A DNA stretch of 64,000 nucleotides from Cyanobacteria bacterium P01_A01_bin.123 (GCA_039815185.1 JBCBZT010000034.1:25863-89862), one strand, 5' to 3'; numbered from the stretch's first letter, positions 8,682-19,362 are shown. Numbers and translations: made by a program. The notes: generated by a model from the sequence alone, not told the origin.

Positions 8682-11600
8682 TCAATCTTCTGATAAGCCA
8701 TCACAGAGGGTGCGATCGCCCTCTGCTACCTCGACATTCGTGCGTAAATAATCTGCCACCCAATCGCAAGCATAGTTCAGCTCATTTAAAGACAGGATCT
8801 CCTCTAAATTCCAAAGGGTGAGGGTGCCATCTTCAGTGACCGTTATCAGCTCGCCTCTGTTGCTAAATTTCACACTCCTGAAGCCAGCCCCATGTCCATA
8901 GAGGGTTTTGAGTTTATCTCCATCCAGAGACCACAAAATAACGGTGTTATCACCACTGGCAGTGGCCAGCATTTGTCCATCAGCACTAAAATCCACCCCA
9001 AAAATACCCGTGGTGTGTCCTTCAAAGGTGCTGACCAAGGTGCCATCCCATCGCCATAATTTGGCTGTTCGATCGGCACTGGCCGAGGCAAAAAACTGAC
9101 CGTCCGGACTTACCGATAGCCCAAAAATATCTGAATCGTGGGCTTCAATCCTATGCCGACGGGTACCATCAGCATCCCAAATCTGAACAGTCCCATCCGA
9201 TCCTGATGAGACAAAGCTTTGATCGTCGGGGCTAAACGCCACACGATAGATCCGCCCATTATGCCCATCAAGGGTATGTATGAGTTCTCCCTCGACCGTC
9301 CAAATTCGGATGGTTCCATCTTCTGCCCCCGCCACCACGCGTTGATTGTCAGCGCTAAAGGCAGCATCCCAAATTTGGAGTTGATGCCCCTCTAAATCCC
9401 GCAGAAAACGCCCCTCCTGGGTCCAAAGTTTAAGGGTGCCGTTGTGTCCAGTCGTCGCCATCATTTGACCATCTGGGCTGAAGTCAAATCCAAACAGGAT
9501 CTCGTCCGTTTGTAGTGTGGCAACGATGTTCCGCTCCTTGTCCCAGATATGAACCATCGTGCTATCGCCAGAAATAATCCGGTCACCTTGAGGACTGATG
9601 GCCAGATCCCAAATCTCATCATTTAGAAAGATGGTTTTGAGCAGTGATGTTTCCCACTGCCTGAGCTGCGCTGTATTGCGAGTGCCGGTCATCACGATGG
9701 ATTGAACATCGGTGGGAGAAAAGCTGAGTTCGCGGATATCTCCTGGGGTTTGAAGGATGCGCCAAGGGTTTCCATCTTTTCCCCAAATCCAAAGGGTTTT
9801 ATCTAGACCTGCGGAGGCGATCGCAGTTCCATCAGCCGCAAATGCCACGTCTTCAACCCGCTTTGTGTGCCCCGTCAGGGTTGTGATGGGGGCCCCATCA
9901 AGCTGCCAGAGCTGTACCACTTGACCGTCGCCGCCAGTGGCCACTAAGTTTCCTGTAGTGCTAAAGGCCACACTCCAAAGACTGCCACCTTCGAGGGCTC
10001 CCGGTAATGTCCCTAGGAGTTGACCATCGGGAGTCCAGACTTTGGCAGTATTATCCAGACTCGCCGAAGCGATGGTTTGATCCACTGGACTCACGGCGAC
10101 TTGCCAAACCATGCTTTGATGCCCCGACAACGTTGTGAGCAAAGTCCCGTCTAGATTCCATACCTTAGCCTGCTGATCGGCGCCACCTGAGACTAAAAAT
10201 TCTCCCATGGGGCTAAAGGCTAAAGTCCAGGCAGCTCCTTCATGGGCCTGGATCGTTTGCACCAATGTTTTTGATTCAAGATTCCAAATTTGTAAGCTAC
10301 CGTCCAAATTGGTTGCCGCTAGCAAGGGACGTTGGGGATGAAACGCGACACCAAAGGTGGTGGCATTACCGGCAAAGGTGTGGAGGAGTTGGCCGTTCTT
10401 AGCCCAGAGCTTGACGGTTTGATCGCCACTAGCGGTCGCAATTAATTCTCCATCCGGGCTGTAGGCGACCCCCAAAACGTGTCCTTCATGGCCTGACAAC
10501 CGATTCCGTTCACTCATCCAATAGACAATCTGGTTGAGGGCACGATCTGCCGCCGCTTCTAACTGCGGATCAGGCTGCTCAAGATCCTGGAGCCGGCGCT
10601 TCGCTTTGATGGCATCAACTAGGGCCTCTAATTCTTGGTGGGAGGCAAACCGCCCTTCTGCCGATGAGATCAGGGCTCGAATTTCATTCAAGCGAGAGGT
10701 CTGTTCACTGGCGATCGCTCGACGATATTGGCGAAAAGCCACTAGACCCAATAAGGACACGATCACTAACGCACCTGAGATCATTCCCAGAAGAATTCGC
10801 TGTAGACGAGTGGTGCGTCTAGCCGCTTGGGCCTTCTCTAAATCCAGCGACTTCTGAATTTCAGCCTGTTCTTGCTCTTGACCCAGAGACAAAAATCGAT
10901 AGTCTAAGTCGCTCAGGCTTTTGCCCCGAGCCCAGGCTTGGGCGTCCCGTAATGCCTGTCCCCGCAGCAATCGCGATTCATCCACTTGCTGTGAGCCTAC
11001 CCAGGCATTAAACATTTCCGAGTAAGGACGTAGGGCGCCCAACTGGCGCTGCACCCAATCTAGATCAAATACGTTTTCATAAATGCGGTTTTTAACCCGG
11101 AGATAGCCCCCTTGCTGCACCATCAGACCGCTAAGCAGTAGCTCTATTTGGTCCCGACTATCGTCGGTAGCGATGGTTTGCCCCTCTAGCCAGCGTTGAT
11201 AGAGGCCCAATAAACGTCCCGTACGGCGGTCATCGTAGAGCAACCGATCGCGAATCGTGCGCAAATGCTCGGGCTCATCTTGGGATTCCCAGTGATCAAT
11301 GATCTGCGATCGCACCACACTTTCCACCCAGAATCGCTCCATCCCAGGGGGTACACTCAGCGGCTCATTGATCGCGGTTTGGCTAGAGACAACCAATAAC
11401 TGGCAGACCTTTTGAATGAGAAACGGTTGGCCCCCCGTCCAATTCAACACTTCTTGCAAAATGGCGGCAGTGTTTGGGGTTTGAATCTGCAAGCCATGGG
11501 CTAAAGGAGCTGCTGCTTCGAGGCTAACCCCACTCAGCACAATGGCCCGACCAATATTAAACGGGGTGCGTTGTTTATCGGCAATTAAATCTGTCGGGGT

Positions 11601-12149
11601 CGCGACCCCAAAGATGGCAAAGGTCAGGCGTTTGTAGTCTGGTTCGACGGCTCGCCGGTTGTAGCAAAAGCGGATTAGCGCAAAGAAGTCATCTACTGAA
11701 AAGGGCAGGTTGAGCAGACTATCTACTTCATCGATAAAGATAAACAGCCGTTGGTCAGAGCACTGAGTTAGAACTGTTTCAATAAACTGACTCAAAATCT
11801 GAGTCAAAGAAAGATGACTTCGCGCCTCCCACCAATCGCGAATATCAAGGGTTGTTAACAAATCAAGCTGTAGTGCCAGGGTGGCCATTAAGCCCCGATA
11901 CCATTGTTCCGGCGTGATCTGGTCACTGCCAATGTTGGTGACATCGACGACTGCACAGCGATGCCCCTCGGCCTGGAGTCGATGCCAACTGCGCACCATC
12001 AGCGATGATTTGCCCATTTGGCGGGAATTGAAAACGTAGCAAAACTCCCCTGCTAATAGCGCTGTGTAGAGGTCTCTATCGGCTTGACGTTCAATATAGG
12101 TTGGGGCGTTGTAGTCGAGACTGCCACCAATTTGGTAATAGTTGGCCAT
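8682..12149 (-). CDS. AAA_35-like ATPase, hydrophobic helix and WD40-repeat protein
   Basis: YQIGGSL, SRQMGKSS, IFIDEVD, TPFNIG, WTGGQPFL; hydrophobic ILLGMISGALVIVSLLGLVAF; about 14 GH..W repeats. Confidence 0.9.
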   Translation of the reverse strand: MANYYQIGGSLDYNAPTYIERQADRDLYTALLAGEFCYVFNSRQMGKSSLMVRSWHRLQAEGHRCAVVDVTNIGSDQITPEQWYRGLMATLALQLDLLTTLDIRDWWEARSHLSLTQILSQFIETVLTQCSDQRLFIFIDEVDSLLNLPFSVDDFFALIRFCYNRRAVEPDYKRLTFAIFGVATPTDLIADKQRTPFNIGRAIVLSGVSLEAAAPLAHGLQIQTPNTAAILQEVLNWTGGQPFLIQKVCQLLVVSSQTAINEPLSVPPGMERFWVESVVRSQIIDHWESQDEPEHLRTIRDRLLYDDRRTGRLLGLYQRWLEGQTIATDDSRDQIELLLSGLMVQQGGYLRVKNRIYENVFDLDWVQRQLGALRPYSEMFNAWVGSQQVDESRLLRGQALRDAQAWARGKSLSDLDYRFLSLGQEQEQAEIQKSLDLEKAQAARRTTRLQRILLGMISGALVIVSLLGLVAFRQYRRAIASEQTSRLNEIRALISSAEGRFASHQELEALVDAIKAKRRLQDLEQPDPQLEAAADRALNQIVYWMSERNRLSGHEGHVLGVAYSPDGELIATASGDQTVKLWAKNGQLLHTFAGNATTFGVAFHPQRPLLAATNLDGSLQIWNLESKTLVQTIQAHEGAAWTLAFSPMGEFLVSGGADQQAKVWNLDGTLLTTLSGHQSMVWQVAVSPVDQTIASASLDNTAKVWTPDGQLLGTLPGALEGGSLWSVAFSTTGNLVATGGDGQVVQLWQLDGAPITTLTGHTKRVEDVAFAADGTAIASAGLDKTLWIWGKDGNPWRILQTPGDIRELSFSPTDVQSIVMTGTRNTAQLRQWETSLLKTIFLNDEIWDLAISPQGDRIISGDSTMVHIWDKERNIVATLQTDEILFGFDFSPDGQMMATTGHNGTLKLWTQEGRFLRDLEGHQLQIWDAAFSADNQRVVAGAEDGTIRIWTVEGELIHTLDGHNGRIYRVAFSPDDQSFVSSGSDGTVQIWDADGTRRHRIEAHDSDIFGLSVSPDGQFFASASADRTAKLWRWDGTLVSTFEGHTTGIFGVDFSADGQMLATASGDNTVILWSLDGDKLKTLYGHGAGFRSVKFSNRGELITVTEDGTLTLWNLEEILSLNELNYACDWVADYLRTNVEVAEGDRTLCDGLSED

Positions 12150-12393
12150 CGTTGCAATCGCGGCTGGATCGGGACAATATTGCCACGTATAACCTCTACA
12201 ATAGGTCTGTTTTGGACAAGATTTGAAGCTTGGTCACCATCGGATTTTGCAAGCCAGTGTTATGGAGGTAGCGCCTGGATTAGCTGATCTATCCTTTCCA
12301 TACTGATGGGCTCTAAAAGTTTGCGTGTTTATTGATTTTCTTCTGGCATGATCAATACCGTAGCCATCAATCTATAAGCGGGGCGTAGCGAAC

Positions 12394-13800
12394 ATGCTTT
12401 GTCCAGAAGCGTTATTGCAAATGAAACCCTTCCAGGCTTTGCCCCTTGAACGGTTGGATTGGATCTGCGATCGCGTTGAACACATCCAGCTCGTCCCTGG
12501 TGAAGTCCTTGTCCGTGAAGGCGAACCGACCAAAGGCTTTTTTATTCAGCTCAGCGGCCACATCACCGTCAGTCGAAGCGGTAACGGTGCTGATATACCT
12601 GTGGGTCGCCACCAAAGCCCCTCATTCTTTGGCGAAGTCCAAGCCCTGACCGAAGATTTGGTCCCCGTTACCCTGACCGCTGATATCGAGACTGACCTCT
12701 ACCGCCTCAACTGTTGCGATTTCCTCGATTTGCTCCACGGCTGCCGCGAGTTCGAAAAAGATATCTTCCGTACCGTGAGCAAACGGCTGCGGGGGCTGGA
12801 GTCTTTCATTCACACTCGAGAAAAAATGGCCGCCTTAGGGACGCTTTCTGCTGGATTGGCCCACGAACTCAATAATCCTGCCGCTGCCCTCGTGCGGGCG
12901 CTCAAAGATCTCAAACCTGCCATGCTTGAACTGCAGCGCATGAATCTGGTATATGGCCAGCAGCAGGTGGATGAGGCCCATACAGACCAGTGGGAAATGC
13001 TGCGCGACCAAGGTTTTGCAGCCATAGACCACCCCAAAAACGACCCGTTAGCCCAAGGCGATCGCGAAGATGCCCTCACAGATTGGTTAGAAGACTATGG
13101 TGTGGCAGAAGCCTGGAAGCTGGCCGAACCCCTAGCCGCTGGCGAGATTGAACCAGCCGCCCTAGACGCAATCATGTCTCGTTGGCGCAATGACCCCACT
13201 GAACTGCGAGACATGGGTCTACGCTGGCTGGCCCTTTCTTTTGATGTGATGGGCATGATCCGCAACGGATTGGATGGTGCCGAGCGCATCTCTACACTAG
13301 TGCAGTCGATGAAGTCTTATTCCTACATGGATCGGGCTGCCCAGCAACAGATCAACATCCACGACGGCATCGAAGATACGCTACGCCTGTTTGCTTTTAA
13401 GCTGAAGCATGGCGTCAAAGTCGAGCGCCACTACGACCCAGATCTTCCAGAGATCATGGCCTTTGGTAGCGAATTAAACCAGGTCTGGACGAATCTGATC
13501 GGCAACGCCATTGACGCTCTCAACGAAGGCACCCCGGATGGTGCACCCCCACAGATTGTGATTCGCACATGTCAAAAGGGGGGGCGCCTACGCGTTGAGA
13601 TCGAAGACAACGGCCCTGGCATTCCCCCCGAGGTACAAAATCGTATTTTGGAACCCTTTTTTACCACCAAACCCATGGGTAAAGGCTCTGGTCTTGGGCT
13701 CGACATAGCGCGGCGAATCGTGGACAACCGCCATAGCGGCAGCTTAATGGTCGAATCGGTACCTGGGAAAACTTGCTTCGCAGTGTTGTTGCCCCTGTAG
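12394..13800 (+). CDS. Cyclic-nucleotide-binding-domain sensor histidine kinase
   Basis: N-terminal cNMP-like domain (LVREGE..FFGE); H-box AHELNNP; NLIGNAIDA, DNGPGI, GSGLGL. Confidence 0.9.
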   Translation: MLCPEALLQMKPFQALPLERLDWICDRVEHIQLVPGEVLVREGEPTKGFFIQLSGHITVSRSGNGADIPVGRHQSPSFFGEVQALTEDLVPVTLTADIETDLYRLNCCDFLDLLHGCREFEKDIFRTVSKRLRGLESFIHTREKMAALGTLSAGLAHELNNPAAALVRALKDLKPAMLELQRMNLVYGQQQVDEAHTDQWEMLRDQGFAAIDHPKNDPLAQGDREDALTDWLEDYGVAEAWKLAEPLAAGEIEPAALDAIMSRWRNDPTELRDMGLRWLALSFDVMGMIRNGLDGAERISTLVQSMKSYSYMDRAAQQQINIHDGIEDTLRLFAFKLKHGVKVERHYDPDLPEIMAFGSELNQVWTNLIGNAIDALNEGTPDGAPPQIVIRTCQKGGRLRVEIEDNGPGIPPEVQNRILEPFFTTKPMGKGSGLGLDIARRIVDNRHSGSLMVESVPGKTCFAVLLPL

Positions 13801-13825
13801 AGGATGGGGGATGGGGGCAATCACC

Positions 13826-14503
13826 CTACTGATTAATCTTGAGACGGTATCCCATCCCTCTGACTGTCTCGATATAGTCGCTGCCCAGCTTTCTGCGCAA
13901 GTGTCTAATGTAAACTTCGATGATGTTGGAACCGGGGTCATAGTCATAGCCCCAAACCCGGTTCAGCAGTTGTTCTTTACTCATCACCTGCATGGGGTGT
14001 CTCAGCAGAACCTCCGCCAGCACAAACTCACGCGCTGATAGCTCAACGCCGCGATTGGCCACCCAGGCCTGCCGAGTGATTAAATCCAGGGTCAACTCAC
14101 CGACTCTCAGCAAGGTCTCTGATTGGCGGGGTTGGTTGCCGGGGCGATCGCGCAGTTGCACTTTAATCCGAGCCAGTAGCTCCTCAAAGCGAAAGGGTTT
14201 GGTCATGTAGTCATTAGCTCCCCCCTCCAACGCCGTGACAGTATCGTCTATGCCGTCACGGGCCGTCAGCACAATGACTGGCAGTAGATCTCCCTGCCCG
14301 CGCAACTCGTTCAACACGGCTAAGCCATCTTTGCCGGGAAGCCCCAAATCCAAAATCATCAGGTCAAAGTCTGCGCTGCGGGCTAGCTGGGCAGCTTGAT
14401 GGCCATCCTCAACCACCAGCGTGGTAAAACCGTGTGCTTTGAGCCCCGTTTTCAAAAAGTCAGTGATGTGAGGATTGTCTTCGGCGATGAGGATGCGATT
14501 CAT
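13826..14503 (-). CDS. OmpR-family response regulator
   Basis: AED, LDLGLPG, LTA, KPF and winged-helix ETVRGMGY. Confidence 0.93.
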   Translation of the reverse strand: MNRILIAEDNPHITDFLKTGLKAHGFTTLVVEDGHQAAQLARSADFDLMILDLGLPGKDGLAVLNELRGQGDLLPVIVLTARDGIDDTVTALEGGANDYMTKPFRFEELLARIKVQLRDRPGNQPRQSETLLRVGELTLDLITRQAWVANRGVELSAREFVLAEVLLRHPMQVMSKEQLLNRVWGYDYDPGSNIIEVYIRHLRRKLGSDYIETVRGMGYRLKINQ

Positions 14504-15938
14504 GCCTGTCTGTCTCCAGCCGTTCTAAAGAGGGTTCCAGCGGGACAATCAGGGTAAACGTAGACCCTTGTCCCAGTTCACTCGAAAGTTCTACTCGTCC
14601 ACCATGGGCCTGGACGATGGCGCTCACAATTGAAAGCCCCAAACCCGCCCCTTCAAACTGACGGTTGTTGTTTGTGGCCCGCGCAAATCGGTCAAAGATT
14701 TTAGCTTGATCCGCCCGAGCAATACCCTCCCCCGTATCCCGCACCCAAAATCTGAGCAGGCCATTGGTTGCAATCGAACCCAGCGCAATCGTGTCGCCCG
14801 CTTGGGTGTGGCGCACCGCATTTTGAACCAGATTCATCACCGCCTGGGAAAAGCGCTGTCGATCCATGACCACGGGATACAACCCCTTCGACTCTAGCTG
14901 CCAGTCACGCTCACAGGTCAGCGACCTGGCTTTGAAATAAAGCTCCTCAGTCAACCAGTCAAGATCTTCAGGTTTGAGAATCAAAAAATCAGGTCGTTCA
15001 GCTTTGGTCAACAGCAATAAATCATTCACCATCCGATTCATCTGAGCCAGTTCATTCATGATCAGCGCGATCGTTTCTGGCTGCTTTTCCGGTCGATAGG
15101 GCAGTAATTCCAGTTGCCCTTGAATCACGGTAATCGGTGTCCGCAGTTCATGGCTCACATCTTTGAGAAACTCCTGTTGACTATCAAAGACAAACTGGAG
15201 TCGATCCAACATGTCATTGAACGTCGCTGCTGTCTCTGTGATTTCATCCGAACCCTGGATCGGAATCCGCTGGGCCATGTCAGACGCGGTAATTTTGCGT
15301 GCCGTTTGGTTCATCAGCCGCAGCGGCCTCAAGATACGGCCTGCCATAATCCAGGCAATGAGAAAGAATCCCCCCAGCACCAACGCTGAAACCTTTAGCA
15401 CTAACCCCATCACCTCAGTCCCAGACTGATAGGCCGTGGTTGAATCGTGAATGGCAACAAACACCCCTTGAACCCCATCGGCGGTTACCAGCGGTTCTGC
15501 AACATAGAAAAAACGGTGCTCTGCGCTGATCATTCGCCGCCGCTGGGGGGCTTCGAGACTAGCCCATTGATCGATCAGATCAGGGTGCGGCTGCAATAGG
15601 TTGGGCAAAGACTGGTTAGCTGGGTAGCGTTGGCCGTTGATAAACGTCACGACAAATTCGTTCTCAGCTTGCACATAATTGGCCAAGATTTGATCGAAAA
15701 ATGCGGTGACTTCGGCGTCGGTCGGTTGGCTTCTACTCAGCTGCTCTGCCGAACGTTGGAACCGCTCAACTTCCTCGACGAGGGAAGCCTCCGCGTGGCC
15801 ATCAATGCGGTTGCAGTAAATTTGGCGCGTCATCCAAACTGCAACACCAGTGGTGCAAACCGCCAGCAGAAAGTACCAAACTAAAAGACGAGCGCGGATA
15901 TTGCGAAAATGCATAGACCACTCCGGCAATCGTTGCAT
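14460..15938 (-). CDS. Membrane sensor histidine kinase (HAMP-HisKA-HATPase)
   Basis: Two TM segments, SHELRTP, NLVQNA, DTGEG, GAGLGL; overlaps its response regulator. Confidence 0.92.
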   Translation of the reverse strand: MQRLPEWSMHFRNIRARLLVWYFLLAVCTTGVAVWMTRQIYCNRIDGHAEASLVEEVERFQRSAEQLSRSQPTDAEVTAFFDQILANYVQAENEFVVTFINGQRYPANQSLPNLLQPHPDLIDQWASLEAPQRRRMISAEHRFFYVAEPLVTADGVQGVFVAIHDSTTAYQSGTEVMGLVLKVSALVLGGFFLIAWIMAGRILRPLRLMNQTARKITASDMAQRIPIQGSDEITETAATFNDMLDRLQFVFDSQQEFLKDVSHELRTPITVIQGQLELLPYRPEKQPETIALIMNELAQMNRMVNDLLLLTKAERPDFLILKPEDLDWLTEELYFKARSLTCERDWQLESKGLYPVVMDRQRFSQAVMNLVQNAVRHTQAGDTIALGSIATNGLLRFWVRDTGEGIARADQAKIFDRFARATNNNRQFEGAGLGLSIVSAIVQAHGGRVELSSELGQGSTFTLIVPLEPSLERLETDRHESHPHRRRQSSHH

Positions 15939-15942
15939 GGGC

Positions 15943-16359
15943 CTATTCCTCAGAATACTGGGCTGTTCCAGTTGCGGCCACTCGACGTTCCAGACTCACT
16001 GGCCCAGAACCGTAAGCAACAACCATCAGCAGTCCACCGATGATGGCCAGATTTTTCATAAATTGAATCATCTGTGAGGCATCAGCGATGGGGTTATGAA
16101 ACACCAGCGTGGCTGGAACTAAAAACAGCATTAGCAATACCGCACCGATACGGGCTTTGTATCCCAAAATGAGGGATGCTCCACCGGCAATCTCAAATGC
16201 GATCGTAAATACAGTCACTAGCGCAGCTAACGGAATCCCGACACTGGCAATCTGCTGCTGAGTACCTGCAAAGCCCCCTATCTTGGCAATGCCAGTGTGA
16301 ATAAAGATCACGGCCAAAAAGGTTCTGCCGATTAGGGGGGTGAATTTTTGAGCATTCAT
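15943..16359 (-). CDS. DoxX family membrane protein
   Basis: GRTFLAVIF..G..K, EIAGG..LILG, FMKNLAIIGGLL; ATG 16359 preferred as start. Confidence 0.88.
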   Translation of the reverse strand: MNAQKFTPLIGRTFLAVIFIHTGIAKIGGFAGTQQQIASVGIPLAALVTVFTIAFEIAGGASLILGYKARIGAVLLMLFLVPATLVFHNPIADASQMIQFMKNLAIIGGLLMVVAYGSGPVSLERRVAATGTAQYSEE

Positions 16360-16417
16360 GGAAATTTCTCCAATTGCAATGACAAATGAACACAAACGAA
16401 TAAGCCGCAAAGCGCTA

Positions 16418-17740
16418 TCAAGAAGTCACTTCAGATTGGGCTAAATGGGTTGGCTGTTGAGGGTTAACGGACGGAGCAGACAGAATGAGTCGAACCGTGC
16501 GATCGCGCAGCCCATAGCCATGCAGCCAGCTCAGCAGCACCATCAAACGGTTGCGAAATCCGGGCAAATAGACCAGATGCACACTCAACCACAGCAGCCA
16601 CGGTAAGAAACCCGTGAGTAGCAAGGGACCAATTTTGCCGACACCTGAGTAGCAGCCAATAATTGCTAGGCGTCCCTTATTCAGGTAGCTAAACGATTTG
16701 GGGGATTTGCCGCGCATTTGTCTGCTGATATTGCGCGCGACGGCCACCCCCTGCTGCAAAGCTTCTGGGGCAACGCCTGTGAGCGGCTTGCCATTCTGTT
16801 CAGCATGGGCCAAATCACCAATGGCATAGACATTGGCGTATTCATTGAGCTGCAATGTTGGCCGCACCCTGACCTTCTGTTTACGAGCGGTTTGGGGTGT
16901 AACAGAGGTTCCAGGCAGAGCTGCCTCCAATCCAGCAGCCCAAACGACCGTTCCTGTCGGTAGGGAAGTGCCATCCTGAAACTCAACCTGAGTTGGGGTG
17001 ACACGACTGACCCGCGTTTGAAAATGAACTTTCACCCCAAGCTGGCGCAGTTTTCGGGTGGTATAGCGGCCCAGGCGCTCGGGCAGATTAACCAGGAGAT
17101 TACTCCCCGACTGCACTAAGACAATCTGCATTTCCCTCAGATCAAGACCTGGGTAATCCTTTTTGAGCGCTTGCTTAAGCTCGACTAGCGTTCCTGCCAC
17201 TTCAACGCCAGTGGGGCCGCCACCAACGATGACGACTGTTAGGAGCAATTGACGTCGGATCGGATCTGCCGCTTGGATGGCCTGCTCAAAGCGATGGAGA
17301 ATGTGGTTGCGCAGCCCTACAGCCTGCTCTAACGTTCTCAGTGGAAAGGCATTTTCAGTGGCACCCGGTACACCCAGAAATTGGGTTTGACTACCCGTTG
17401 CTAGCACCAAATAGTCGTAAGGAATGACAGCCTTGTCCGTTTCGACCACTTGATGGGTGAAATCAACATGTTTGACCTCAGCCTTCAAAAAGTGGGTGTT
17501 AGCCGCACGACGTAAAATAGTGCGAATCGGATAAGCAATGATTCCAGGTTCAATTTGAGCCGCTGCCACCTGATAGAGCAAGGGAATAAACGCATTGTAG
17601 TTATTGCGATCAATCACCCAGACTTCAGCACCACTCCTCGATAATGATTGAGCTGCCTGCATGCCGCCGAAGCCCGCACCGATGACAACAACGCTTGGGG
17701 GTTTTTGTGTAGTGCCCATGGTTTGTATGACCTGAATCAT
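16418..17740 (-). CDS. Type II NADH dehydrogenase-like FAD oxidoreductase
   Basis: GAGFGG, PLLYQVA, YDYLVLATG, GGGPTGVE, YAIGD, A-QQG. Confidence 0.9.
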   Translation of the reverse strand: MIQVIQTMGTTQKPPSVVVIGAGFGGMQAAQSLSRSGAEVWVIDRNNYNAFIPLLYQVAAAQIEPGIIAYPIRTILRRAANTHFLKAEVKHVDFTHQVVETDKAVIPYDYLVLATGSQTQFLGVPGATENAFPLRTLEQAVGLRNHILHRFEQAIQAADPIRRQLLLTVVIVGGGPTGVEVAGTLVELKQALKKDYPGLDLREMQIVLVQSGSNLLVNLPERLGRYTTRKLRQLGVKVHFQTRVSRVTPTQVEFQDGTSLPTGTVVWAAGLEAALPGTSVTPQTARKQKVRVRPTLQLNEYANVYAIGDLAHAEQNGKPLTGVAPEALQQGVAVARNISRQMRGKSPKSFSYLNKGRLAIIGCYSGVGKIGPLLLTGFLPWLLWLSVHLVYLPGFRNRLMVLLSWLHGYGLRDRTVRLILSAPSVNPQQPTHLAQSEVTS

Positions 17741-17854
17741 GGCCTAAATCGGTTTACGCTTTTGAGCATCGCAAATCATCGGGTATGCCAGGCTGAATCT
17801 AAGCTGAAAAAAAATTCAGCTAGAGATGGGCCGACTGATGAACGGGGTGCTGTT

Positions 17855-17870
17855 ACATTTCTGTGATATT
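17855..17870 (+). promoter_or_regulatory. 16-bp box ACATTTCTGTGATATT, copy 1, between the divergent NDH-2 and RND operons
   Basis: Exact second copy at 24740-24755. Confidence 0.6.
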
Positions 17871-17947
17871 CCTCTGCAACACTCATGGCAAGGGTTTAAG
17901 AGCATCAACGCTCATAACGACTGCCTAAGGATTTAGAGGGATATCCG

Positions 17948-19297
17948 ATGAGTTCTTCAGATTTAGATTCGGCCACGATCAACCGACCGATAGAACACAA
18001 ACATCCGCCGATCGAGCACAAACAGCAGCATTACCAGGTTTCTCGATGGCTACCGTGGTTAGTGATGGCTACCTTAATTGGGGGGGGATTTGCTTGGTAT
18101 TTTGTTCGCTTGGATGGTGTTGAGCGATCAGAGGCCGTCTCTCAAGAGCCCGCCCCGCGCCCTGTGGAGGTGACGAGATTAACGCCTGGAGATGGTGCTA
18201 GATCGGTTGAACTGATGGGTCAAGTCGAGGCTCGAACCAGTGCAACATTACGGTCTCAAACATCGGGTGTGGTACAGCAAATTCTCGTTGAGCCAGGCGA
18301 TACCGTCAGCATTGGCGCGTCGGTGATTATTCTGGATGATGCAGATCAGCGACTCGTTCTTTCAGAAGCACAAGCCAGTCTTGCCTCTGAGCGCAGCAAT
18401 TTGGCTGAATTAGAAGCCGGTACTCGTCCTGAGATTATTGCGCAGCGAAGCGCTGCATTGCAATCTGCTCAAGCCAGAGAGCAAGAAGCCACAGATAACC
18501 TCCAGCGGACTCAGGAATTAGTCAATCAGGGGGCGCTATCTGAGCGATCGCTGATTGAAGCCAGAACCACCGTAGATGCTGCCCGAGCCGCGAGATTAGA
18601 AGCCTCCGCAACCCTAGCCGAGGCGACCGCAGGCCCAACGGCTGAAGAAATTGAAGCCCAAAGAGCCACTGTTGCTGCGAATCAAGCAGCTGTCGATCAA
18701 GCTCAGCTGGGACTCAACCGCACCCGTCTTCTAGCGACGACCAATGGCGTAGTGGAGTCTCGCGACGCCAATGTTGGCGACTATTTAGAGGTTGGTTCAC
18801 CCGTGCTGTCTTTGATCAACCGTGATCAACTGGATGTGTTTTTAGACATCCCTGAAGAACTCACGGGTCAAATTACGCCGGGACTCACAGTTACTCTGAC
18901 CGCACGGGCACTGCCAGAGTGGCAAGGTCAAGCCACGATTGCTGGCACCATTCCCACTGCGGATGAAGCTTCCCGCCGGAAACAGGTGCGACTGCAGCTT
19001 GACGACCCCCCTGAGGGTTTGCTGTCAGGCATGTCTATTCAAGGCACGCTGGCGCTTGCCAGCGATACCCCCAGTTTCACCATTACTCGCGATGCTTTAG
19101 TACAACGCGCTGAGGAATGGTTGGTTTTTGCGATTACCAATGGGCAAGCCCAAGCAATTGCAGTCGAGTTGATTGCTGACAATGGCGAAGACGTGGCAAT
19201 TTTCTCAGATCAACTGCAAAACGGACAATCCATCGTGGTGCGCGGTTCAGAAGGTCTACAAGACGGTGCAGCCGTACAAATCACCACTGACGAGTAA
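17948..19297 (+). CDS. RND efflux periplasmic adaptor (membrane fusion protein)
   Basis: N-terminal TM, lipoyl half-motifs (SGVVQQILVEPGD, NGVVESRDANVGD), long coiled coil. Confidence 0.92.
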   Translation: MSSSDLDSATINRPIEHKHPPIEHKQQHYQVSRWLPWLVMATLIGGGFAWYFVRLDGVERSEAVSQEPAPRPVEVTRLTPGDGARSVELMGQVEARTSATLRSQTSGVVQQILVEPGDTVSIGASVIILDDADQRLVLSEAQASLASERSNLAELEAGTRPEIIAQRSAALQSAQAREQEATDNLQRTQELVNQGALSERSLIEARTTVDAARAARLEASATLAEATAGPTAEEIEAQRATVAANQAAVDQAQLGLNRTRLLATTNGVVESRDANVGDYLEVGSPVLSLINRDQLDVFLDIPEELTGQITPGLTVTLTARALPEWQGQATIAGTIPTADEASRRKQVRLQLDDPPEGLLSGMSIQGTLALASDTPSFTITRDALVQRAEEWLVFAITNGQAQAIAVELIADNGEDVAIFSDQLQNGQSIVVRGSEGLQDGAAVQITTDE

Positions 19298-19362
19298 TCT
19301 ACAGACCTCATCCCTTATCGCTCTCAGCTCCAATCGCAAACAATCCTCAAAATCCCATCCTC

